The notes under the pieces are model-generated. The model worked only from the letters and a program-made list of their open reading frames with translations. It was not told the DNA's origin and did not search any database. The position numbers and the translations under genes are program-made. DNA of 64,000 nt from Octopus sinensis (taxonomy: Eukaryota), in assembly GCF_006345805.1 (NCBI RefSeq), contig NC_043006.1, positions 41,974,001 through 42,038,000 of the forward strand. Direction: 5' to 3'. Position 1 is the stretch's first letter. Each line of letters starts with the position of its first letter. Below, one piece after another: positions 52,781-64,000 of the stretch.

Positions 52781-53206
52781 TTTACAAATGTACTGTTAGC
52801 AGAATTATTATTATCATCATCATCATTATCATCATCGTCGTCGTCGTTGTTTTTGTTATCATCATTATTACTATTGTTATTATCTATCTGAAGTAACAGT
52901 AAGAGTATGACGAAGAGAGGAGAGAAAAGGAGAGAGACAGGATTCGAAATATTATACATGCCATAAATATCATATATGTGTGTGTGTGTATGTATATATT
53001 ATGTATGTATGTATATATATGTGTGGATATTTGTATGTATGTATATACAACTGTATGTATGTATATATGCTTCAAAATGTATGTGTATATATATATATAT
53101 ATATACACACACAGACACACATATTATACACAGGGATTTATGTATTTTATATATGATAATAGCAATGATAATGATAGCAGCAACAACATCAAACATAATA
53201 ATAATG

Positions 53207-53272
<66 letters not shown>

Positions 53273-53565
53273 TCGTTTGATTCTTTTTATAGCTATATAC
53301 GGGTTGTTATTTGATAGTGGGTATTATTGTTGTTGCTAACGCTATTGTTGTTGCTATTGTTGACAGATTTATAGTTGTTAACAATATTATTAATATTATT
53401 TTTGCTGTTGCTGCTGTTGTTCCGTACTCGGAATTCTATAAAGAAAAATGCTAATATAGCAATTTACACAATTCATGCAGAGGCATCTAACGTCATTGTG
53501 AAATATATCTGAGTCTATGAAAACTATTAAATAAGATATGGCTGAATAAAAAGAAAAGATAAGAT

Positions 53566-53609
<44 letters not shown>

Positions 53610-54029
53610 ACGGTGGATAAGTCGGGTAAGTTTTAAAAGAGCAAAGTGAAACAAGAAATGAAAAACAGCTGAAAGAATTTGAAAATAAAAGGTAGAACAA
53701 TATAGAGATGTGTCTATGTGCATTTGCATTGTATTTGCATGTGTTTATGAGAGATTGTCTGTGTGTGTGTGTGTACTTTCTAAGTTTTTGCTTCTTTTTA
53801 TGTAGCATCTATACGTCATTGTTATCGCTAATAAGGAACTCGCTAAAGCGACAATGGTGATAAACTCTTGCCAATATGGAATCTGTACGAGGTCGTCAAA
53901 AAAAGAATATCTCCCTCTAAAGCTTTTATAGAATTGAGAAACAGGTCGAAGTCTCATTACGAGCGTGAACACGCTTCTTGCTGAAATGTCTAAACGCAGG
54001 TTTATTATCAATATTATTATTATTATTGT

Positions 54030-54263
54030 TCAGTAGTTTTATTTTTATAGCGTGCTTTCACTTCACTACTGAGCGCAGCTCTGTGTGCCTTAGGTATGTG
54101 CTGTGATTTGTTGTGATGCTCTGATGGTTATTGTATGGAAAGTGTTCTGCGTAGGATGTGTGCAGTGCCTAGTAGTGCAATTTTCTGTATGTTATATGTG
54201 TTTGTAAATCCTGGTGTTTTTGTTATGTATTTGTCTGAATATTTTTTTATCATGCCTAATGCA

Positions 54264-54265
<2 letters not shown>
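54030..54265 (-). mobile_element. R4/Dong-like RLE 3' end flanked on both sides by (ATT)n
   Basis: Same subfamily as 25760-26010 (ALGMIK...IALLGTAHILRRTL). Confidence 0.75.
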
Positions 54266-54319
<54 letters not shown>

Positions 54320-54340
54320 TTATTATTATTATTATCATCA

Positions 54341-54395
<55 letters not shown>

Positions 54396-54617
54396 GGAGG
54401 CAACCTGGCATAAAAGTTAGCGCGCCGGACGTAATGCTTAATGGTATTTCACCCATCTTTACGTTCTGAGTTCAAATTCCGCTGAGGTCGACTTAACCTT
54501 TCATCCTTTCGGAATCGATAAAATAAGTACCAGTCGAGTACTGGGGTTGATGTAATCGATTTCTCCCCTCCCACAAAATTTCAGGCCTTGTGCTTTTAGT
54601 GGAAAGGATTATTATTA

Positions 54618-54672
<55 letters not shown>

Positions 54673-54872
54673 AGTATTATTATTAGGCTAAACAAAATGC
54701 TTATCGGCACTTCTCCCGTTGCTATTTTCTGAGTTCGAATTCCGCGAAGGTCGACTTTGCCTTTCATCCCTTCGAGGTCGATAAATTAATTACCAGTCAA
54801 ATACTGGGGTCGATATGATCGACTTACTCCCTCCCCACAAATTTCAGGCCTTGTGCCCATAGTAGAAAGATT
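54396..54872 (+). mobile_element. Two tandem GGCGAGCTGGCAGAA-family SINEs with (ATT)n tails (54396-54610, ~54690-54872)
   Basis: GTTC(A/G)AATTCC...GAGGTCGACTT...GAAAG(G)ATTATT blocks. Confidence 0.75.
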
Positions 54873-54952
54873 ATTGTTATTGTTCTTGTTGCTGTTGTCT
54901 TCTTCTTCTTCTTCTTCTTCTTCTTCTTCTTCTTCTTCTTCTTCTTCTTCTT

Positions 54953-55394
54953 CCAATCAGGACTCACGCCATTAGCCTAAGCTACAAAGAATGCGTGTAG
55001 CAACTTTAAAATCCACCCACCACACGCGATAGACTGGCGGTTGCACGGGCGCGAAAGCTACGTTGTTATCCTCATTCCGTAAACGGTGGCTTTAAACGAG
55101 AGGAGAGCTGAACCATCCTGGGGTACAGAAGATTCGCAATCTAGACTAGGGTCTGAAAATTTACCACACCATAGTGGGTTACACCATGGTTCCTCTCCTT
55201 TGTTGCAGAAGTAGGAAGAAAGAGTGAGAGAAAGTTCTGGTGAAAGAGTACAGAGGGATTCACTCCCATCCCGGAGTCTCGTGGAGCTTAGGTGTTTTTG
55301 CTCGATAAACACTCAAAATGCCCGGTCTGGGAATCGAAACCGCGTTCTTACGACCGCGAGTCCACTGCCCTAACCACTGGGCCATTGCGCTCCA
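54953..55394 (-). mobile_element. OR-like tRNA SINE with an alternative 3' half and (GAA)n tail
   Basis: Head GGAGCGCAATGGCCCAGTGGTTAGGGCAGTGGACTCGCGG as at 60226; the 3' ~250 bp differs. Confidence 0.8.
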
Positions 55395-55407
55395 CTGTTG
55401 CTGTTGT

Positions 55408-55760
55408 TGAGGCGGCGAGCGGGCAGAATCGTTAGCAAAATTCTTAGCCTTATTTCATCCCATCTCAACATTCTGTGTTGAAATCTGCCGAAGTCGACTT
55501 TGGCCTTCATTTTTTTAGTCCATGAAATAAGTACCAATCACGCACAGGAGTCGACGTAATCGACTGCACTCCCCCACAATATTTCAGCCCTTGTGCTTGT
55601 AGTAGAACGGATTATTATTACTGTTAAGGCGTCGAAGTTGTAGGATCGTTAGCTCATTTTTTCGACGTTAAAAAAGGTTCCACTTAACCTGGCGGGTTCA
55701 TGTAATCGACAAACCCCCTTGAACCAAACTTTTAGGCCTTGTGCTTAGTGGAAAGAACTG
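55408..55760 (+). mobile_element. Two decayed GGCGAGC-family SINEs
   Basis: GGCGGCGAGCGGGCAGAATCGTTAGC head and family tail blocks. Confidence 0.65.
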
Positions 55761-55886
55761 ATGTTATCTTACAAAACTTTAGTCCTTGATATTATAGTTG
55801 TACACTATTTTAAAATGTTATTTAAAATATTATATGAATATATGTATATACAAGAATGCATATATATGTATTTATGTATATATATA

Positions 55887-56784
55887 TTGTTTTTAAAAAA
55901 ATGTCCAGTTCCTTTGGTTTGTGTCTATGTTTTCGTTTCTCTTTGTGTTCGACGTCCCTTTGGTGTCCTGTACTCATATATGCGTGTATATGTACATGTA
56001 GAGGTAGGTACGTACATATATGTTTATATATATGCATATGTTTTATTTCATTTATTAATATATTATATGACTAAACGCACGCACCCCCTTAAGTAAGATT
56101 GTTCTGTATATCAAGTTTTGGTCTTGATATTAACTCTGACGCGCACTCTTCACCTTTCTGTCCCATCCCTATTCTTGATTTTCTTTTTCCTCTACTTAAC
56201 TTGTCTCTTCCTCTCTCTCTCATTCTTCACTCTCTCTCTCCCCCTCACAATTATTCATGGTTTCCTCGCAGCCATTCCCCTTCTTCTCTCCCTTCCTCTT
56301 GCTCCTCCTCCCCCCTCCTCCCTTCCCGTCGTCCACCCGCGACCATACTTCCGCTCTGACATTCTTTCTGGCCTGGCCTTTCAAGGTAACTGGACGACAT
56401 TCTTCCTGCTCCCCTGTCGTTCACAAAAAATTCTGCGTTTGCAATACTTTTTTCGTTCGGCGTCAACAGCCTTTCTTATCTTGTTTTTCCCTATCCTGTC
56501 CTTTACTGTTTATATTTTTGTACTGTCGTTACTGTCCTGTTTTTTTACCATTTTTTTACCATTTTTTACCCCTCTGCGAAAAGATCTCAAAATTTGTCCT
56601 GTACTCCATTTTTTGTTGTTTTTAAAAAATGTCCAGTTCCTTTGGTTTGTGTCTATGTTTTCGTTTCTCTTTGTGTTCGACGTCCCTTTGGTGTCCTGTA
56701 CTCATATGTGCGTGTATATGTACATGTAGAGGTAGGTACGTACATATATGTTTATATATATATGCATATGTTTTATTTCATTTA

Positions 56785-56792
<8 letters not shown>
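55887..56792 (+). mobile_element. ~900-bp element bounded by ~175-bp direct repeats (55887-56062 / 56616-56792)
   Basis: Repeats nearly identical; related sequence on the opposite strand at ~36060-36210 and ~37890-38050. Confidence 0.65.
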
Positions 56793-56823
<31 letters not shown>

Positions 56824-56829
56824 GTGTGT

Positions 56830-56869
<40 letters not shown>

Positions 56870-57183
56870 GTGTGAGAACTGAGGGGATAAACACGAGTTT
56901 ACATTATACTTCCTATGCGCGTTTCAACATTATGGATGTTTATAGACCTTCAATTGTTGAATTTAGATGCTCAACCACAATTTGATCATCAGGAAACAAT
57001 TTATTGCATTACGTTAGTGATAACTAAATGTATACATGTGTGTGTGTGCGTCTGTGTGTGTATGTAGGTATGATGTACGTATATAAATATATATAAAAAT
57101 AATAATATTAGGGAGTAAATCCATATTTACAGGAAAAAATTAGATTTAGGATTAAATCTAATTTCACAGTATAAATATAAATT

Positions 57184-57633
57184 AAATTAGAGATAAAACC
57201 ACTATTAGGCAAATCAAACAGTGAAAAACATAAACCAAAACATAAAAATAAAATTAATTAATATAATTTACAAAATATATAAAATATAAAATTTAAAATT
57301 TAAATTATTTGAATTTAAAATTATTAATTTATATTTATATTTATATTTATAATTTTTTTTTAATTATATATAACTATCAAAAGTATTAAAATGTTTATTA
57401 TAAGATAATTAAAACCACTTATCTTATAATAAACTTTTTGATAGTTATATATTATTTAAAAATATTATAAATATAAATATAAATATAAATTAATTATTTT
57501 AAATTCAAATAGCTTAAATTTTAAATTTTATATTTTATATATTTTGTAAACTATATTAATTATTTTTATTTTTATGTTTTGGTTTATGTTTTTCACTGTT
57601 TGATTTGCCTAATAGTGGTTTTATCTCTAATTT
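57184..57633. repeat. ~450-bp AT-rich foldback palindrome
   Basis: Arms complementary from AAATTAGAGATAAAACC... to ...GTTTATTATAAGATAA, with a ~10-nt central loop near 57409-57418. Confidence 0.9.
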
Positions 57634-57637
57634 TATT

Positions 57638-57744
<107 letters not shown>

Positions 57745-59001
57745 TATTGTTCCTCTATATGCATATATATATATATATAAAACGTCGATGTTTGCCTATG
57801 TTCAAAAATGTTACCGTTTCAATAGTAGATCGCATTGGAACCCAGAAGGAACAAAGTTTTCAAGTCTTGACGCCAATTGTGTTGAAAGAAAAGTTAGTGA
57901 AAAAACGACGTCTAGAAAGAATGAGAGTTGTAACTGAGAAGAGAATGAGCAGTAGTCTGAGGTACAGAAACAATGTCTGTTTAATACGTCAGATTTCGTT
58001 TTTCTCTCCTTTTCAATCACACTTTAATTTCTCTCTCTTTCACAAGTAATTTCTCATTCAAGTAAATGCAGATTTACTTTCGTTCTCGTTTTTCATTGGT
58101 TCAAACCTTGCAGCATTTATTGATTTATTTTTTAATTCTCTTCGACTCTGTTTATTAATCGTTGTCATCTTTGCCTGTGATAACTTTGTCCTCTATTAAA
58201 TGAGCACCGATGTATACAGGGTTAATTCAAACAAATATGCATGTAAACGTCAATTTGCTGAAATCATATATAGGTGTAATGTATATTTCCATTTATTCTT
58301 ATTTTCCCAAAGGAGAAAGCTTTTCTTCTAAAAATGATCAGTTATTATGGCAAAAACACGGTTAAATTATTGAAATTAGTTGTCAAAAAATTGAGAATTC
58401 TATACAAAATTTGACGTATGCTAATATGAAAGCAAAATTTGAAATATAAATATTTGTCGGTATTTATGAACGTATAGGATGAAGTAAAGTGAAAAACCAA
58501 TGAATGAAAATTAGATTAAAATAGACTCTATGCGAGAATAGGGAAATAACTAACCAAACTCACTCGTTGACTTTATTCTTCATTTCATGTATTTTTGTAT
58601 GCTTGAGTACGACTCCTCTATATTTTAATTCTTTATACTTAATTAGTTGATTTGATTCCTAAACGTAGAAACAATTCCATCACCTGAATTTAGGCTAAAC
58701 TTGTAAATTGTAGATTTTCAAGTCCTTGAACATAAATGCTCCGTATGTACTTGCTGTATATGTATGATAGTGAGTATGAATAACAGTATGTATGAATGTA
58801 TGTATGTATGTATGTATGTATGTATGTATGTATGTATGCATGTATTTATGCATGTATGTATTATGTATGTATGTATGTATGTATGTATGTATGTATGTAT
58901 GTACGTATGTATGTATGTATGTACGCATGTATGTATGTATGCATGCATGTATGTATGTACGTATGTATGTATGTATGTATGTATGTATGTATGTATGTAT
59001 G

Positions 59002-59256
59002 TCGACTTTCGACTTTCGACTTTCTTTCGACTTTCGGCGACTTTCGAGTCGAAAAGGTCTGCAGAGCTGGAGGAGAAAAGACGACGACGGAAGGAGCGCC
59101 AACAACAACCACGTGCGACTGTCCCTTCCGGCACTAGATGTCCGCACTGCGACCGATCTTTTCAAGCAAGAATTGGTCTTATCGGTCACCTTCGGACTCA
59201 CCAGTAAATTTGCGCGAAGACCATCATCCTCGACCTTGAGGGATTGCCATCATCAT
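59002..59256 (+). mobile_element. 5'-truncated RTE LINE 3' end with C2H2 zinc finger, inserted in (ATGT)n
   Basis: FESKRSAELEEKRRRRKE...CPHCDRSFQARIGLIGHLRTHQ*; 3' UTR ATCATCCTCGACCTTGAGGGATTGCCATCATCAT. Confidence 0.9.
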
Positions 59257-59768
59257 GTATGTATGTATGTATGTATGTATGTATGTATGTATGCATGTAT
59301 GTATCTACAAGCTCGGGATTTAAAAACAACGAAATCAACCGGCTAACATATTATAAGTGTAATGCTTAAGCGGGAACAATAAAAATATGTAAGATAAATG
59401 TCGATTTGTTTTTGTTAACATTCCAACGATGGAGCTGTGTAACTATGCTAAAAACCAGCTCCTTCTTCACTGAAAGTCTTCAAGTAATTGAAAATAAAAA
59501 GAACACATACATTCATTATATATATATAAGTATATAGATATACGCAAACATGAATAATACTACTGCATGTCGTCACAAGCTGAACGCTACGGTTTTATAA
59601 TCCCAAAGAAGGTAATAGCTACGAAAAGTCTCATGAGGGAAAGGAGCAGCAAAGTCTTTGAAACACGAAGGTGCAGCTGCAAATGCTAATTCACTCTTCT
59701 ACAGAAGGCATAACACATGTAATCATACATATATACATACATATATACACACATGCATACATACATGC

Positions 59769-59814
<46 letters not shown>

Positions 59815-60011
59815 TGCGACCCCGTGTGTATCGTTGGCGATTTCTTTCTCCGCCTTCCCTTCTTTGGACTTTCTCTATATTTCTGACGAAGAGCTCCACT
59901 CGAAACGTAAAATTCTCCATCTTTCTTTCCTTTCCCGGGCGTCCAATAACACTGTACTTATTCCACGTCCTCGTGTTGTCATGGTTTCTCTTTGTTCATG
60001 TTTGGATTAAC

Positions 60012-60022
<11 letters not shown>
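59815..60022 (+). mobile_element. ~205-bp HHR-bearing unit (probable solo Penelope pseudo-LTR) in (TA)n/(TG)n
   Basis: Same family as the reverse complement of 34755-34955; contains the HHR at 59879-59913. Confidence 0.7.
59879..59913 (+). ncRNA. Minimal type I hammerhead ribozyme, intact core
   Basis: ATTT CTGACGA A GAG CTCCA CTC GAAA C GTA AAAT; helix III palindrome ACGT; predicted cut after 59909. Confidence 0.72.
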
Positions 60023-60084
<62 letters not shown>

Positions 60085-60099
60085 ATATATTATATATAT

Positions 60100-60131
<32 letters not shown>

Positions 60132-60147
60132 ATATATATATATATAT

Positions 60148-60225
<78 letters not shown>

Positions 60226-60227
<2 letters not shown>

Positions 60228-60526
60228 AGGCGCAATGGCCCAGTGGTTAGGGCAGCGTACTCGCAGTCGTTGGATCGCTGTTTCGATTCCCAGACCGGGC
60301 GTTGTGAGTGTTTATTGAGCGAAAACACCTAAAGCTCCACGAGGCTCCGGCAGGGGTTGGTGGCGGTCCTTGCTGTACTCTTTCGCCACAACTTTCTTTC
60401 ACTCTTTCTTCTGTTGGCCTGCTCGCTTAGCCAGCGGGGTGGCGTCATTTGAAGGCTAAAACAATGGAAAGCGCATTGTAACCAGCGATGTGTAGCAACA
60501 TCTGATAGTCTGGTCGGTCACGGTGA
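60226..60526 (+). mobile_element. OR-like tRNA-derived SINE, full length
   Basis: A box TGGCCCAGTGG, B box GTTTCGATTCC. Confidence 0.88.
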
Positions 60527-61086
60527 TATATATATATATATATAAAACCAGAAAGGTACTCACCACCACTAGCAACTTCCACATTCACAGTCACACGGAT
60601 GGGATTTATATAAAACGAAGTGATGGTGGTGGAGGCATAAGATCAGCCGTCAGCACGGCCACCATGTGTGCGTGTGTGTGTGTGTAAAATTCTCAGATAA
60701 GACGAAAGCAATTGCAATCGACAAAGGAACAAGAGACACTCGTTTGATGGCTGAAGGACAGCCTTCGAATATATCATCCGATTTGCATTCTTTTAGTGTT
60801 CTGTGCGATACTGAAACTGGCTTAAGATTCAGACACAGAAAATTCACAGCAGTGTTTCATCGGACTTGCAAAAATTTGGTCTATTAACACACTGGACGCC
60901 ATCGTCCAAACAAACGACACTAAAAGGAACCCAAACTTGCCAGAATACCATGAAATTACCGAAAACAATACATTTCTTTCATTAAAAGAAAATCCTGAGA
61001 ATTTCGTACTAAGGTCATCTGAGAAACGAAAATGTCACAAGAGTATTGTCAAGATGACTCGAAGACCTAGTCATCTCTTGTGTCAG

Positions 61087-61144
61087 TTAAATCATCTGAA
61101 TGCACCGTGGCCATGAGAAGAACACCTACAGGAGGAGAATATAG
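61087..61144 (+). CDS. Candidate coding exon (V)KSSECTVAMRRTPTGGEY(R/S), resembling the start of a kringle domain
   Basis: Acceptor TCATCTCTTGTGTCAG|, donor TAG|GTAAGT; 58 nt; the phase-1 entry joins 17377 in frame; C-x(n)-G-x-EY-x matches invertebrate kringle N-termini (inference). Confidence 0.45.
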
Positions 61145-61514
61145 GTAAGTCTACACAATTCGTGGCTTCAGATCTTTCAAAAATAAAAATTCATTATTTC
61201 CACAATGTTTGAATAGAGCATAGAACATCTGAATCATACATACCTTCTTCCAATCACCGTGAGTGATGAGAATATTCATCAATTTTAATAGATAATGCTT
61301 TAAAGACACTGTATTTATATAGGTGTTATAGAACTATGATATATTATTATAAGAACTATAGTAATAACTATAATATCGTTGAGAAATAATAACATTTTCG
61401 CTTTAACATATGTGTGTGTGTGTGTGTGTTTGTGTGTGTGCGTATACATACACTCACACACGCTTGCTCACATATGTGTGCACGTATATGCATACAAATT
61501 ATAGAGATAGATAA

Positions 61515-61563
<49 letters not shown>

Positions 61564-61599
61564 CAGACAAACAGGTAGGTAGGTAGGTAGGTAGGTAGG

Positions 61600-61697
<98 letters not shown>

Positions 61698-62209
61698 TGT
61701 ACTATGTATCTATCTTTCTGCTTATCGAAGAAAAACCGGATTTCTTGTATGTGGATACAAGCAAAACAGCATCCAAGAAATGTTTCCAGACTCACAAAAC
61801 TAGTCGATAAAAACTCGTATTATTAATAATCATTGTGCTGATTACTTTATCACAAAATTCAATTTTCTTGGTATTCGATAACAACGAAAATGCCAAATAA
61901 ATCAAAATCGAAGTGATTTATTGTAAGAAAATACCCGAAAGGTAGAGAAGCTTTATAGGATAGTGTATTACACAATATAATTGGCTATAAGCAACAGATT
62001 AAATATGAAATGTACAAACACAATATAACTTTAGAAGAACTAGAGAATCCATTTATTGCTCACGAAGCAGAAACTTTAACTGGGAGCTATGTGCATGTAT
62101 TAAGTAAATGTATATTCGTTGGTACGAAATGAAACAAAATTGATCTGCGTTTAACAAACATTAGTATTGATTTTTGAATGTTGATACACTGAGATCAAGA
62201 ACAAAACTA

Positions 62210-62726
62210 TCTATCTATCTATCCGCTCAGTCGAAGTCGACTCTCGGTTACTCGATGGATCAGTGTCCTCCAGCCAGTTATACCCTGGGTCGCTTCTTTC
62301 AGATTGGCTATGTCCATTCCCGTGTCACGCTTGATGGTGTCAAGCCAGCGGGTTCTTGGTCGGCCTCTTCCTCTCTTGCAACTGACCATTCCGAGTATGA
62401 TGTCCTTTTCCAGGGATTTTCTCCGCATAATATGACCAAAATATGCTTGGTGATCCTAGCTTCTAGCGACAGTTTCGGCTTGATCTGGTTATGAACTTCT
62501 CCATTAGTGAGCCTCGCTGTCCATGGAATCCGTAAAAGTCTTCTCCAACACCAAAGCTCGAATGCATTAATTCTCTTCTGGTCAGCTTTCTTTAGTGTCC
62601 AGGTCTCGCATCCATATGTTGCTATTGGGAAGACCATTGCATTCACGACACCAATCTGCATTTGGTAGCGAGTCTGATGTCTCTACTCTTCCAGACCTTG
62701 CTCATGCTGACCATTGCTTCTCTACC
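62210..62726 (-). mobile_element. 5'-truncated RTE/BovB-like LINE with 10-bp TSD
   Basis: VNAMVFPIATYGCETWTLKKADQKRINAFELWCWRRLLRIPWTAR and GRGRPRTRWLDTIK; (GATA)n tail; AACAAAACTA at 62200-62209 and 62727-62736. Confidence 0.93.
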
Positions 62727-62974
62727 AACAAAACTACCGACTAAAAAGTGATACGGCTAATGTGTAATGATAGTTGGAGAAGCATGAATCCCCCACTTCC
62801 CATTGCACCGATTTCTAAAATGAGAGGGAAAAGTAATCAACACAACAAATTGTCCTAGTTTGTTGTTATTGTGGTTATCTTTAAGCTCTTTTTGAGCAAC
62901 CTATGTTCAAATGCGTTCCAACTGTGGCAAACCCTCTTTTTTCAGATTACGTTCTTCAACGTATCTGTCATTAA

Positions 62975-63215
62975 GATAGGTACAGTCATTTCTGTGTAGT
63001 TAAGAAGCTTTACAACCACATGGTTTCAGGTTCGGTCCCATTGTACGGTCACTTGGACAAGTGTCTTCTACAATAGCTCCGAGGTGACCAGTGCCTTGTG
63101 AGTATATTTAGTAGATGGAAACTGTATGGAAGCCTGTCTTCTTTTGCGCTTGTGTAACTTAACCTTTCAAGGCAATACCCTAGCATGGTCGCAATGTGAA
63201 AGCAACAAAAGGATA
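62975..63215 (+). mobile_element. Decayed OK-like SINE
   Basis: ACAACCACATGGTTTCAGGTTCGGTCCCA...GTGTCTTCTAC blocks. Confidence 0.65.
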
Positions 63216-64000
63216 ATAGCTTAAATATGATATGAGTGATTTCAATGAGTTAATATACATAACTCTGCTTCAATCACTCTCACTCGCGCCACTCGCATCA
63301 CAGGTGAAGCAATAACAAAATGAATTTCTTACAGATTCTGTTAATCTCTAAGAAACTCATATTTGATTGCTTTGTAACTTGAAAGATGTGGAGATGATTG
63401 CTAGATACAAAATATAAAAATGAAAATTAGTTGCTTTATTATAGCTTGCAAGACATTAAACTGAGGATGTATATCAGCCCCTAAGACCTACTTTCACTGG
63501 GCTGAAATTGGTAGAAGATTAACGTTTAGGTTTTATAGTAGGAAAGAAGTAATATCGTGTAATATTCGCTCCTTTTTACTCATTATCGAAATGGCTACAG
63601 TCCAAAAATGGGATGTAAAACCAAATCGCACAGTCTATTGTCTCCTCTGTCTAAGATGAGCACTATTATATGTTCTGGTTATAAGCCCTGTGTTTTACGA
63701 GAACAGAAAGTAGAACAATTGATTCTTGTATGTCGTTTATATGGTACAGCACCGTATGATAAATGAACAACGTGTAACCTAGAATGAAATGCAGGTTGCG
63801 TTTTCTGCAAGCTCAGTCACTTCTCCCTATATTTGGTCCTCGCCATAAGATAACTAACTAGATATAGATTATTTTTGTAGCAAAGTTTCAAGTTTAATTA
63901 ACTTACAAGTTAATTAAGGATTCAGTAATGTTCAGTTCTTGAAGTATATCAGGAGGATAATTATTAAGTCAAAAACAAACATATTTAGGGAATGCTTTCT

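Noticed and set aside
57790-57961. ORF segment ending CTGAG|GTACAG as an alternative exon
   Set aside because: Phase-2 exit gives an immediate stop in the 61087 exon; no domain.
60826-61118. ~98-codon stop-free frame (DSDTENSQQ...NAPWP)
   Set aside because: No start or good acceptor, no recognisable motif, and it ends in a stop inside the better-supported exon.

Overview
AT-rich, microsatellite-saturated eukaryotic DNA. The SINE families and (TA)n/(TAGA)n/(TATG)n load point to a cephalopod, most likely Octopus (inference). Almost all ORF-track entries are microsatellite or decayed-transposon noise. Recognisable content: tRNA-derived SINEs of three types, R4/Dong-like RLE LINE 3' fragments abutting (TAA)n, RTE LINE fragments, an internally deleted mariner, piggyBac-type and TA-flanked MITEs, Helitron ends, several long foldbacks and a ~1.83 kb tandem duplication. 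The main signal is a set of type I hammerhead ribozyme (HHR) motifs from at least three sequence families: (i) a perfect 167-bp inverted pair, each arm carrying an intact HHR (8936-9740); (ii) a tRNA-headed SINE-like unit carrying an HHR, with a head-to-head inverted copy of its tRNA head (13291-13680); (iii) a ~205-bp unit embedded in (TA)n (intact at ~59.9 kb, mutated at ~34.9 and ~36.7 kb). There are also several decayed cores. Two candidate host genes are inferred from splice signals only: a + strand signal-peptide exon (17255-17377) that splices in frame to a kringle-start-like exon ~43.7 kb away (61087-61144), and a weaker - strand three-exon candidate (11567 to 639). All folds and translations were done by eye; no database searches or folding programs were run.
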